Below, piece by piece: positions 38,714 to 47,319 of a stretch of 64,000 bases of DNA. The position numbers were made by a program, and so were the translations under genes. The notes beneath the pieces are model-generated. The model had not been told where the DNA came from and did not search any database. It was given only the letters and a program-made list of their open reading frames with translations. Origin of the DNA: Candidatus Multivorans sp. (GTDB lineage Bacteria; Acidobacteriota; Thermoanaerobaculia; Multivoradales; Multivoraceae); NCBI GenBank assembly GCA_965224025.1, contig OZ245033.1, forward strand, positions 3,072,001 through 3,136,000. The letters are read 5' to 3'. The first letter of the stretch is position 1; each line of letters begins with the position of its first letter.

Positions 38714-38795
38714 TGGCAGCGAGTCGCCCGGCGTTCCGCCGCGGCAGTGTCCGCAGTCCCACCTTGTTGACGGCAGTTGAGGAGCCAATCGAACC

Positions 38796-39596
38796 ATGAT
38801 GGATGCCATGTTCCCGGCGGCCGCTTCGGCCCACGCCGGCGATATCGACACGATGATCGACGCGGTGCATTACCTGATGCTCGTCCTGTTCGTTGCGTGG
38901 GGGGCCTTCTTTCTCTACACGCTGATGCGCTTCCGCGCCGCTCGCAACCCGAAGGCGGACTACGTCGGCGTCAAGAGCAAGGCCAGCACGGTGGGAGAGG
39001 TCCTGGTCGCCATCGCCGAAGGGATTCTGCTCCTCGGCTTCTCCATCCCGATGTGGGCGGACCGTGTCGACGAAGTGCCGCCGGAGGCGGACTCGACCGT
39101 GGTTCGCGTCGTCGCGCAGCAGTTCGCCTGGAACGTCTGGTATCCGGGCGCCGACGGAGTGTTCGGAGACGCGGACCCGCACCTGACCGACGAGGCGACC
39201 AATCCGATCGGCCTGGACCGCGACGGGGCGGGCGCCGACGACATCTGGACCGTCAACCAGTTGCACCTTCCGGTGGACAAGGCGGCGATCATCCATCTTC
39301 GGTCCAAGGACGTGATCCACAGCTTCAACCTGCCGAACATGCGGATCAAGCAGGACGCGATCCCGGGTCTCTCGATTCCGGTCTGGTTCATTCCGACCAA
39401 GACGACGACTCAGATCCGCGAGGAGGTCGGCAATCCCGACTACGTCTACGAGATCGCCTGCGCCCAGCTCTGCGGCAACAGCCACTACTCGATGCGCGGC
39501 TTCCTGACCGTGCACACCGAGGAGGAGTTCCAAGCCTGGCTCGACGAGGAGGCATCCTACCTCGGCGGCGGCGAGGAAGACGACTTCTTCAACTAG
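38796..39596 (+). CDS. ctaC: cytochrome c oxidase subunit II (CuA), no fused cytochrome c
   Basis: QFAW, DVIHSF, KQDAIPG, CAQLCGNSHYSM. Confidence 0.93.
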   Translation: MMDAMFPAAASAHAGDIDTMIDAVHYLMLVLFVAWGAFFLYTLMRFRAARNPKADYVGVKSKASTVGEVLVAIAEGILLLGFSIPMWADRVDEVPPEADSTVVRVVAQQFAWNVWYPGADGVFGDADPHLTDEATNPIGLDRDGAGADDIWTVNQLHLPVDKAAIIHLRSKDVIHSFNLPNMRIKQDAIPGLSIPVWFIPTKTTTQIREEVGNPDYVYEIACAQLCGNSHYSMRGFLTVHTEEEFQAWLDEEASYLGGGEEDDFFN

Positions 39597-39613
39597 GCAT
39601 CGAGTCGCGGCGT

Positions 39614-39644
39614 CCGGATGCGGGCGAGACGCCCGCGTTCCCAG
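39614..39644 (+). repeat. REP-like family B copy
   Basis: ccggatgcgggcgagacgcccgcgttcccag; core identical to 20553-20582. Confidence 0.85.
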
Positions 39645-39740
39645 GGGCTTGCTCCATGCAAGCGTTCCTGGAGCCGTGACCCTCACGTTCGACGGGAGTC
39701 CCTTGGCCCTGCGCTTGCCGCTGGGTGTACGCTCAGGGCG

Positions 39741-41135
39741 ATGAGTGGGTGGATTCCCCAGTGGGGCCGCCGCGAGTTGCTGAAGGCGGCTTGGGTGGGG
39801 CCGGCGGCGGCCGCTGCGGCCTTGCGCGCCGGCGCCGCGGCGAGACAGGAACCTGGCGGCGCGCCGGTCGCGTCGCCGGCCGACGACACGGCCGCCGAGG
39901 CGTACCGTGGCGGGTTCGCCGCGCCACCGCTCGAGCGCGTGCGGATCGGCTTCGTCGGCGTCGGCCTGCAGGGCGGCGGCCACGTGCGGAACTTCTTGGC
40001 GCTCGACGGGGTCGACATCGTCGCGATCTGCGACATCGACGAGTCGCGAGCCGAGGAGGTCGCGTTGTGGGTGGTCGACGCCGAGAAGGAGCCGCCGGAT
40101 CTCTACACGCGCGGCGAGACGGACTTCAAGCGCCTGTGCGAGCGCGATGACGTCGACCTGGTGTTCAACGCGACGCCCTGGCGGTGGCACGTGCCGGTTT
40201 GCGTCGAGGCGATGGAGACCGGCAAGCACGCGGCGGTCGAAGTGCCGGCCGCGATCACGGTCGAGGGGTGCTGGCGGCTGGTCGAAACCGCGGAACGCAC
40301 GGCGCGCCACTGCGTGATGATGGAGAACTGCAACTACGGCCGCAGCGAGATGATGGTGCTCAACATGGTGCGCCAGGGGCTGCTCGGCGAGCTCCTGCAC
40401 GGCGAGGCGGCCTACATCCACGACCTGCGGTCGATCAAGTTCTCCGATGCGAACGAGGGCCTGTGGCGACTCCAGCACTCTCTCGAGCGGAACGCCAACC
40501 TGTATCCGACTCATGGCCTCGGGCCGGTGGCCCAGTGCATGGACATCAACCGCGGCGACTGCTTCGACTACCTCGTGTCGTTGTCGAGTCCGGCGCGCGG
40601 CCTGGCCCGCTACGCGGAGGAGCGCTTCGGCGCCGACGACCCGCGGGCCAAGGTCCGCTACGCCCTCGGCGACATGAACTCCAGCCTGCTCCGGACCCGC
40701 CGCGGGCGCAGCATCCTGCTGCAGCACGATACGACGACGCCGCGGCCGTACAGCCGTCTGAACCTGGTTCAGGGCACAAGCGGCGTGTTCGCGGGTTTCC
40801 CGGACCGCATCTTCATCGAGGGCGAGGCCGAGGGGCACGACTGGAGCGACGTCGAGCCCTACCGCGAGCGGTTCGAGCACCCGCTTTGGGCGGCGCAGGC
40901 GGACGATGCCGAGGGCGCCGGCCACGGCGGCATGGACTACCTGGAGGACTACCGCCTCGTGCGCTGCCTGCTCGACGGCACGCCGACCGACATGGATGTC
41001 TACGATGCGGCCGCGCTGTCGGCGCCGGTCGAGTTGAGCGAACTCTCGGTGGCGCGGGGCAGTGAGCCGGTCGAGTTCCCGGACTTCACCCGCGGCGCCT
41101 ACCGGACGCGGCCGCCGCTGGGCATCGTGGCCTGA
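39741..41135 (+). CDS. Tat-exported Gfo/Idh/MocA-fold glycosidase (GH109-like)
   Basis: GRRELLK, EVPAA, MMENCNY, YPTHGLGP, GHGGMDY. Confidence 0.85.
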   Translation: MSGWIPQWGRRELLKAAWVGPAAAAAALRAGAAARQEPGGAPVASPADDTAAEAYRGGFAAPPLERVRIGFVGVGLQGGGHVRNFLALDGVDIVAICDIDESRAEEVALWVVDAEKEPPDLYTRGETDFKRLCERDDVDLVFNATPWRWHVPVCVEAMETGKHAAVEVPAAITVEGCWRLVETAERTARHCVMMENCNYGRSEMMVLNMVRQGLLGELLHGEAAYIHDLRSIKFSDANEGLWRLQHSLERNANLYPTHGLGPVAQCMDINRGDCFDYLVSLSSPARGLARYAEERFGADDPRAKVRYALGDMNSSLLRTRRGRSILLQHDTTTPRPYSRLNLVQGTSGVFAGFPDRIFIEGEAEGHDWSDVEPYRERFEHPLWAAQADDAEGAGHGGMDYLEDYRLVRCLLDGTPTDMDVYDAAALSAPVELSELSVARGSEPVEFPDFTRGAYRTRPPLGIVA

Positions 41136-41152
41136 TCCGTGGGGATTGTGGC

Positions 41153-42202
41153 CTGAGAGTCGCCTATCTCCTGCCCGGCGCCGCTCTCTACGGCGGTGTC
41201 AAGGTTGTGTTCCAGCACGCCCGGGCTCTGCGGCGGCTCGGCGTCGAGGTCACGGTCCATTCGCCGGATCGCTGCCCGGACTGGTTCGACGGCACCGACG
41301 CGTTCTACCGGCAGGTTTCGGCGCTTGAGGGCCGTTTCCTGCCCCGAGTCGAGGTCGCGGTCGGCACGCTGGCGCCGACGGTCGCCCCGGCGATCGAGAC
41401 CGCCGAACGGCTAGCCTGCCACCTGTGCCAGGGGTACGAGCCGGGTCACGACACGCTGAAGCAGGCGGCGCGCAACGCGATGCGTGCGGCCTACGACCTG
41501 CCGGCACTCAAGCTGGCGGTCTCGCCGCACCTGGTTCGCACGCTGCGCGATCGGCACGGCGTGGCGGCGCGTTGGATACCGCAGCCCTTCGAGCCGGACC
41601 TGTTCCGGCCGCCGGAGCGGGAACGTGCCGACGACCGTCGGTTGCGCGTGCTGGTGAGCGGGCACTGGGCTCTCGAGGTCAAGGGCGTGGCCTGGTGCCT
41701 GCGCGCGCTTCGGCCTCTGTTCGAGCAGAGCGGGGGAAGACTTGAACTGGTCCGTCTGTCGCTCGACGCGGACGCCGAGGAACTGGCCTTCTGGCCCGAG
41801 GCGGATCGGCGGCGCCATGTCCCACCGCGTGAAGTGCCGGCGCTGTTGCGGGACGTCGATCTCTGCATCGGCCCGTCTTCGCCGCTCGAGGGCTTCGGTC
41901 TGATCGCGCTCGAGGCGATGGGCTGCGGCCGCGCGTGCGTCTTGACCGACATTCCTTCTCACCGCGACCTCGACTCGGAGGACCGGGCCTCGATCAAGGT
42001 GCCGTTTGGCGACGGGGCTGCCCTTCGCGCGGCGGTCGAACGCCTGTGGCGGGACCGGGAAGTGCGGCACCGGCTGGGCGCGGGCGGTCGCGCCGTCGCC
42101 GAGACGTACACCGAGCGACGGACGGCCGAAGCGCTGGTGGACGCCTTCCGGCACGGTCTCGCGACGGAGCGGCCGGTCGGTCAAACGAAGATCGACACGT
42201 AG
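41153..42202 (+). CDS. glycosyltransferase family 4
   Basis: LRVAYLLPGAALYGGVKVV in frame upstream of the tracked ORF (probable CTG start); EGFGLIALEAMGCG. Confidence 0.8.
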   Translation: MRVAYLLPGAALYGGVKVVFQHARALRRLGVEVTVHSPDRCPDWFDGTDAFYRQVSALEGRFLPRVEVAVGTLAPTVAPAIETAERLACHLCQGYEPGHDTLKQAARNAMRAAYDLPALKLAVSPHLVRTLRDRHGVAARWIPQPFEPDLFRPPERERADDRRLRVLVSGHWALEVKGVAWCLRALRPLFEQSGGRLELVRLSLDADAEELAFWPEADRRRHVPPREVPALLRDVDLCIGPSSPLEGFGLIALEAMGCGRACVLTDIPSHRDLDSEDRASIKVPFGDGAALRAAVERLWRDREVRHRLGAGGRAVAETYTERRTAEALVDAFRHGLATERPVGQTKIDT

Positions 42203-43287
42203 AAGCCAGCCGTGGCCAAGCTCTCCCGGTCCGGCTCGAGCGACTGAGACAGAGCATCGATTCGCGCCGGAAGGGGAGTGGTCTGGGCGTCGATCCGGTA
42301 GCGGTCAAAGCCGGCGGCGTGAAGCCAGTCCTCCAGCGTGCGGCGAGTGAAGAACCGGACGTGGGTGGCGCAGAGCAGCCCCATGGCCACGTAGTCCCAG
42401 CGCCCGGCGATCAGATCCTCCACCACCGAGTAGTGGCCGACGTTGGGCACCGAGAACACCATCCGGCCGCCGGCACGGAGCCAGCCGGCGGCGCGTTCGA
42501 GGAACGACTGTCCCTCGGTCAGATGCTCGAACAGCTCGAAGGCGACGATCGCGTCGAAGGTCTCGCCCGGTTCGACAGTCTGGACGTCACCCTGAATTAC
42601 CCGGTCGAGGCGCGCCTCGGCGGCGGCGGCGGCTTCGGGGTTCAGTTCAACTCCGACGACGCGGCAGCCGAAGCGCTCCTTGATCAGCGCCCCGGTCGCC
42701 GCGCGTCCGCAGCCGATTTCCAGCACGGACGACGCGGGTCCGAGATTCTCGGGCAGCAGAGGCAGGACATCGGCGCGCTCGCCGCCGTAGTAGTCGATGA
42801 ACTGGTAACAGAGGCCGGCGCTCGGCCCACCGGGGCGTTCACCTGCCGTCCACCTGGCCGAGGCGGCGGGCGACACGAGGACGGCGGGACTCCCTATCTG
42901 GTCTTGGGGCGCGGCTGCCGGGTTCTGGGCGTCGCCGGCGAGCCAGGCCGACTCGGCGAGTTCGAAGTCGGCCAGGGTGAACAGATCGCTGCTCGCCTCC
43001 GGGCCGGTCGTGGTCAGGTCGGTCGCATGGACGGCGCCCTGGTCCTGGCCCGCGCCGCTGGTCAGTTCCTCGCGCATCCGCTTCAGGGAGGCGCGGCCGA
43101 TCATGACGCGGCAGGACGCCAGGGCCAGCACTGCTTCCGTGTCGGCCGGCAGACTGGCCGGCAACTCCGACGTGACCTCGACGTCGCCGAAAACGGCTCG
43201 CGCCTCGCCGATGAGCCAGCGGCGGAGGTACCACCACTCGGCGGACGCTTCGGCTTCGGGGTTCCAGGGCAGCACTAGCAGCAGCAT
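42181..43287 (-). CDS. class I SAM-dependent methyltransferase
   Basis: VLEIGCGRA, GVELN, FEHL, SVPN, HVRFFT. Confidence 0.8.
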   Translation of the reverse strand: MLLLVLPWNPEAEASAEWWYLRRWLIGEARAVFGDVEVTSELPASLPADTEAVLALASCRVMIGRASLKRMREELTSGAGQDQGAVHATDLTTTGPEASSDLFTLADFELAESAWLAGDAQNPAAAPQDQIGSPAVLVSPAASARWTAGERPGGPSAGLCYQFIDYYGGERADVLPLLPENLGPASSVLEIGCGRAATGALIKERFGCRVVGVELNPEAAAAAEARLDRVIQGDVQTVEPGETFDAIVAFELFEHLTEGQSFLERAAGWLRAGGRMVFSVPNVGHYSVVEDLIAGRWDYVAMGLLCATHVRFFTRRTLEDWLHAAGFDRYRIDAQTTPLPARIDALSQSLEPDRESLATAGFYVSIFV

Positions 43288-43315
43288 GGGCGTGATCGTA
43301 GCGCCCGCCGAGCGC

Positions 43316-44386
43316 TTACAGCCTCGCCATGACCTGATCGTGGAACTGCTCGATCACGCGCTCCTGGGTGGCAAGCGACGGCAGCAGCATGAGTTGATCG
43401 AGCCCGGCGTCGGCGAGCGTTCGGACCTGGGCGCGCACTTCGTCGGCCGTCCCCGCCAGACATGAGGCTCGGATCAGGTCCAGGGTGACGAACTTATCCT
43501 CCTCCGGCAGGGAGTAGGTGCAGTGCCCGGCGTGAACGCGCAGGTGCCGTCCGCGCGCCGGCGTCTGCTCGACCACGGCGCAGTACTCGTTCCAGACCGG
43601 GCGGACGTGGGGCGGCGGCGCCCGGTTGAACTGGTGTTGCTGGTCGTAGAGGTAGTGCAGGCCGGAGAGAACGAAGGGTCCGCATTCCTCGATCACGCGG
43701 GGCGAGGTTAAATCCTCGCCGGGTTCCAGGATCACCGCCGTGGTCAGGGAACAGGTGTAGAACCTGTCGCGGTCGAAGTCGCGCCCCACCGCCTCGGCGC
43801 CGCGGCGGCAGTTCTCGATCGCGCGGTCGAAGAGGGCGGCGTTGGGCGGGATCGACATGACCAGGCCGTCGCCGACTTCGCCCGCCAGACCCTGGCTCTT
43901 GGGGCCGAAACCGGAGACGTACATCGGAATCCGGGGCTCGGTGGCGATGAAGCCCTGCTCCTCCATCAGGAAGCGAAGCGGCTCGGTGCGGCCGCGGAAC
44001 GCGAAGTCGGCCTCCTCGCCGTCGAGCAGCGCCCGCACCACCCGGAGGTACCCGCCGAACTCCTTGACGCCGACCGGCCGATGCCCCATCAGCCGCGGGG
44101 CCGTATTGCCGGCCCCGATGCCGAGGAACGTCCGCCCCGGAGCGATCCGGTTGATCGTCGCGATGCTGTGCGCCGTCACCGGGGCGATCCGGGTACCCGT
44201 GATCGCGACACCGGTCCCAAGCTTGATCCGGCTCGTCCGCTCGGCGGCAAGCGCCAGCACCGCATAGCAGTCCGACCAGATCATCTGGCTGTCCGCCAGC
44301 CAGGTGTGGCTGTACCCAAGCTCTTCCGCCCGCTCGATGTACCCGATGTCGTCGATCTTGCTGGCGACGCAGATGCCGAAGTCCAT
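43316..44386 (-). CDS. LLM-class flavin-dependent oxidoreductase
   Basis: WLADSQ, TSRIKLGTGV, APGRTFLGIGAG, GEVGDG. Confidence 0.9.
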   Translation of the reverse strand: MDFGICVASKIDDIGYIERAEELGYSHTWLADSQMIWSDCYAVLALAAERTSRIKLGTGVAITGTRIAPVTAHSIATINRIAPGRTFLGIGAGNTAPRLMGHRPVGVKEFGGYLRVVRALLDGEEADFAFRGRTEPLRFLMEEQGFIATEPRIPMYVSGFGPKSQGLAGEVGDGLVMSIPPNAALFDRAIENCRRGAEAVGRDFDRDRFYTCSLTTAVILEPGEDLTSPRVIEECGPFVLSGLHYLYDQQHQFNRAPPPHVRPVWNEYCAVVEQTPARGRHLRVHAGHCTYSLPEEDKFVTLDLIRASCLAGTADEVRAQVRTLADAGLDQLMLLPSLATQERVIEQFHDQVMARL

Positions 44387-44438
44387 TGCCGTGCCTCCTG
44401 CGGCGGAAGGCGGCAGTGTATCGGCGAGGCCGTTGGTG

Positions 44439-44628
44439 GCACCCGCCCGCTTGGGCCTCAGGGGAGAGGGTCCCAGGGGCCGCTCGCGCTTGTTCGGATG
44501 GACGGGGGTTGGCGCTCGCTGCGGTCGGCTGCGCTCCGGTTCGGCGTCGGACGATGAGATGACGCCGGGCGTCGCTTGCCGACAGCCTCCCTGGGACCCT
44601 CTCCCCTGAGCCCCGGAGCGGGCTGGAG
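44439..44628. repeat. structured element family C, copy 2: perfect 22-bp inverted repeat around a 110-nt core
   Basis: 44457-44478 ctcaggggagagggtcccaggg is the exact reverse complement of 44589-44610; core and flanks resemble 3055-3265. Confidence 0.85.
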
Positions 44629-44716
44629 GGTGTCGGCGTGCCGCGGAGCCGCGGCGTTCGAAGCTGGTGTCGCCGATTCTCGGAACCTCTGGTTTCGGCC
44701 GTGAACGTCGACCCTA

Positions 44717-45475
44717 TTGGCGACGCATCGACCTCGGGCACTTGTGCGTTCACTAAAGAAGAAGATCCCGGGCGACCCAGACCCCGTAGGTCCTCTGCAC
44801 GAGATGGTGTCCGAGATCGGCGATCTTGGGTCCGAGCCTCGATTGACCGTGCTGGTCGACGGGACGGTGAAGCCTGAACTGGTTCATGGGCTCTTCGGGC
44901 TGCACCGTGACGAAGTCTGGCAGCTTCCGCTGCGCTGGGTGATCGCCGGACGACTGGCTTCTCGTGATCAGTACCTCAGGCCCCCGGCCGATGTCTTCTT
45001 CGATACCGAGGTTGTGCTGGAGTCGCTCACTTCCGACCAGGCGCGAAGACTGGTGTTGGCGCGTCTTGAGGGAGCTGCGCCGGAGGGCGAGACCGATGCT
45101 CAGCGGATCCGGAGCCGACTCGACCAGATCGTCGAGCGTGGCGCCGGCGTTCCGCGCCGACTTCTGGCGGCCGCTCGCGAGGCACTGCTCAGCACTTCGG
45201 AGGAAGCAAAGACCATCGACGAAGCGCTTGCCGTTGCCGCTTCGCTGGGCAAGACCGAATCGGCCGCCATGCACTATCTGGTCGCCAGTGGAGCCACCAG
45301 TGCATCAGACGCGGACTTCTTGGCGGAACTCGGTGTCTCTCGCTCACGTGCCACGCAGGTCCTCAAGCGACTTGAGGCGTCGAGTCTCGTCCTGGTCTCA
45401 GAGATGCGGACTGGTCGCGGCAGGCCGCGCAGGTTGTATCGCCCTGTAGGCACGAGGCCAGAGGAGGAGTCGTGA
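44717..45475 (+). CDS. hypothetical protein with C-terminal winged HTH, possibly 5'-truncated
   Basis: ELGVSRSRATQVLKRLE...GRGRPRRLY; poor start context. Confidence 0.5.
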   Translation: MATHRPRALVRSLKKKIPGDPDPVGPLHEMVSEIGDLGSEPRLTVLVDGTVKPELVHGLFGLHRDEVWQLPLRWVIAGRLASRDQYLRPPADVFFDTEVVLESLTSDQARRLVLARLEGAAPEGETDAQRIRSRLDQIVERGAGVPRRLLAAAREALLSTSEEAKTIDEALAVAASLGKTESAAMHYLVASGATSASDADFLAELGVSRSRATQVLKRLEASSLVLVSEMRTGRGRPRRLYRPVGTRPEEES

Positions 45476-46245
45476 GCCGCGACCTCCTACTGTGGTTGCT
45501 CCACGCACACGTCCTTGACCGCGCACTGCCTCACCCCGATGCCGGCCGCCACGACGTGGTTACGAAGCTCGGCGGACGCGTCTTGCAGTACCTGCTCGGT
45601 GGTATGGCCAATGAAGAAGCGCCGTGGCTGGGGTTGAAGGGAGTCGCTCCTGGCCAGAAAGGGCCTACGGACTTCGGCTTGTCGCTTAGGTGGCCTCCGT
45701 CTCGACTGCTGCGGGCCGAGCGTCTACCAGTGACGACGACGCGGGAGCAAGTGATGGCGAACGTCTATGCGGCCCTCGGGTGGCATGGAAGTCGCCAACC
45801 GCGCGACGAGCGAGCCGTCGTCCGGCCCGTGCGGACGCCGCCGGGCCTTCAAGATGTTCGGGTCGACCACGCCTTCGTGGAGCATGTCGCCAAGTACCCG
45901 AGTCGCGGCGAGTTCGCCAACTACATCCTGCCCGTTTTGAGGGAGCCTCACGAGGTTTGGTTGACCCAGGTCGGTTCAGGTAGCGGTGCGGTGTACCGTC
46001 CTCACTTTCTTGCCGCCTTCGATGGCGGCACGACCATCGTGATTGTCGTCAAGTCAGTCGAAGAGCCGGTCGCCTGGAGTTTTTTCCCTATGAAGCGCCG
46101 GACGACTATCCAAAAGCGGCGGAAAGGGGTGGTCCTCTACGCTGGCCCCAAGGAGTATGCGGTTGAGGGCGCGCGTCGCGGGCAGGAGAGGCTGGAGCCT
46201 GCCGCCGCCTCGGGCTCGCCGGCTCACGTGGCAGGTCGATACTGA
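45472..46245 (+). CDS. putative PBECR2-like nuclease-fold protein
   Basis: HVAKYPSRGEFANYILPVLREPHEVWL...WSFFP...KRRKGVVLY resembles phage MuF-associated PBECR2 domains; GTGA overlap with the upstream gene. Confidence 0.55.
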   Translation: MSRDLLLWLLHAHVLDRALPHPDAGRHDVVTKLGGRVLQYLLGGMANEEAPWLGLKGVAPGQKGPTDFGLSLRWPPSRLLRAERLPVTTTREQVMANVYAALGWHGSRQPRDERAVVRPVRTPPGLQDVRVDHAFVEHVAKYPSRGEFANYILPVLREPHEVWLTQVGSGSGAVYRPHFLAAFDGGTTIVIVVKSVEEPVAWSFFPMKRRTTIQKRRKGVVLYAGPKEYAVEGARRGQERLEPAAASGSPAHVAGRY

Positions 46246-46365
46246 ACGCCGGACGCGAACCCCCAGCGACGCGCGCAGTATGACCCTAGCACGGGCGCCT
46301 TCCGTGTTCGGCCGTTGCGGGGCGCATCGGTGCCTCCGGCGCAATTCGGTCGCGGCGGCGGACGA

Positions 46366-47151
46366 TCAAAGCAGGTCGAAGGCAGTGACGATGCCGAGTA
46401 AACGACCGTGTTCGGCGACGACGACGGGCAGGTAGTCGACGAAACGCTCAGCGGGTATCTTTGGGCCGACAATCGACACAGGCTGCGCCAGCTCTCTCGC
46501 TTCCTCAAGCCTCTGGCACAGGTGCTTGCGGTCGTCCAGCAGATACTTGCCGAGGTCCTGGGCGCGCAGCACCTTCCACCCGTCGCCGTTCCCGCTGTCG
46601 CCGTTCTCGAATGGCGGTGTCGAGTAGTCGTGCATGAGCATTGTTCGCCTCACGTCCGCCAGTGTCTGCCAGCTACGCGCGCAAACAGGATTCGAGACCA
46701 TGAGTTGGCCCGCCGTCGTGCATTTCCTCGGTGTCATGAGGGCCTCCATCAGGACAAGTGCCAGCGCGACGGCCCTAGTGCCGGTTAGCGCGGCCGCGGT
46801 TCCTGTGTGCGTAAGGTCGTTCCTATCCTCGCGGACTGCGTCGTACATTGCGTGCCAGTTCCACCTGGGTAGACCGGTCTCCGTGAGCATGTGGGGAGCG
46901 TTGGCTTCGACCAGCGCTCTGGCGTGCTTCGTCGCCTTCCCGAGTTGTTCCTCCGGATTGCCGGAAAGGTACTTCGCCACCCGCTCAATCTCGTGGATCA
47001 GGGAGGCGAGCGCTCCCCGGTCGGTCGCGTAGTTCGTGACCGCCGTGCGTAGGTCGCACCGGAGCGCGGCCGCTGCCTTCGGGCATGTCTTGATCGCCGC
47101 GGCTGCCTTTTTCATAGGGGTGGGCTCTAGCTGATTTCGGTGAGCGTTCAT
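46366..47151 (-). CDS. HEPN-motif + CBS-domain protein
   Basis: RNDLTH (R-x4-H) in a helical N-half; CBS-like LMVSNPVCA and LPVVVAEHGRLLGIVTAFDLL; start uncertain (47151 or 47115). Confidence 0.6.
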   Translation of the reverse strand: MNAHRNQLEPTPMKKAAAAIKTCPKAAAALRCDLRTAVTNYATDRGALASLIHEIERVAKYLSGNPEEQLGKATKHARALVEANAPHMLTETGLPRWNWHAMYDAVREDRNDLTHTGTAAALTGTRAVALALVLMEALMTPRKCTTAGQLMVSNPVCARSWQTLADVRRTMLMHDYSTPPFENGDSGNGDGWKVLRAQDLGKYLLDDRKHLCQRLEEARELAQPVSIVGPKIPAERFVDYLPVVVAEHGRLLGIVTAFDLL

Positions 47152-47319
47152 CCCCCTCCAGTTAGAAGCGGCGAGCATACGCCCGACTCCTCCCAGCCGC
47201 TTTCGGCTCCCTGGGGCTGTCACTCCAGACGGTCGAGCCGGAGCTGTTGGACGGTGTGGCCGCGGGACGCGCTGCTGAACGGATAGGCTCCGACCGTCCA
47301 ACCAAAGGGGTCAACGCCA

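Noticed and set aside
47246-47302. 10-bp inverted repeat gttggacggt/accgtccaac at the island's right edge
   Set aside because: Too short and single-copy to call.
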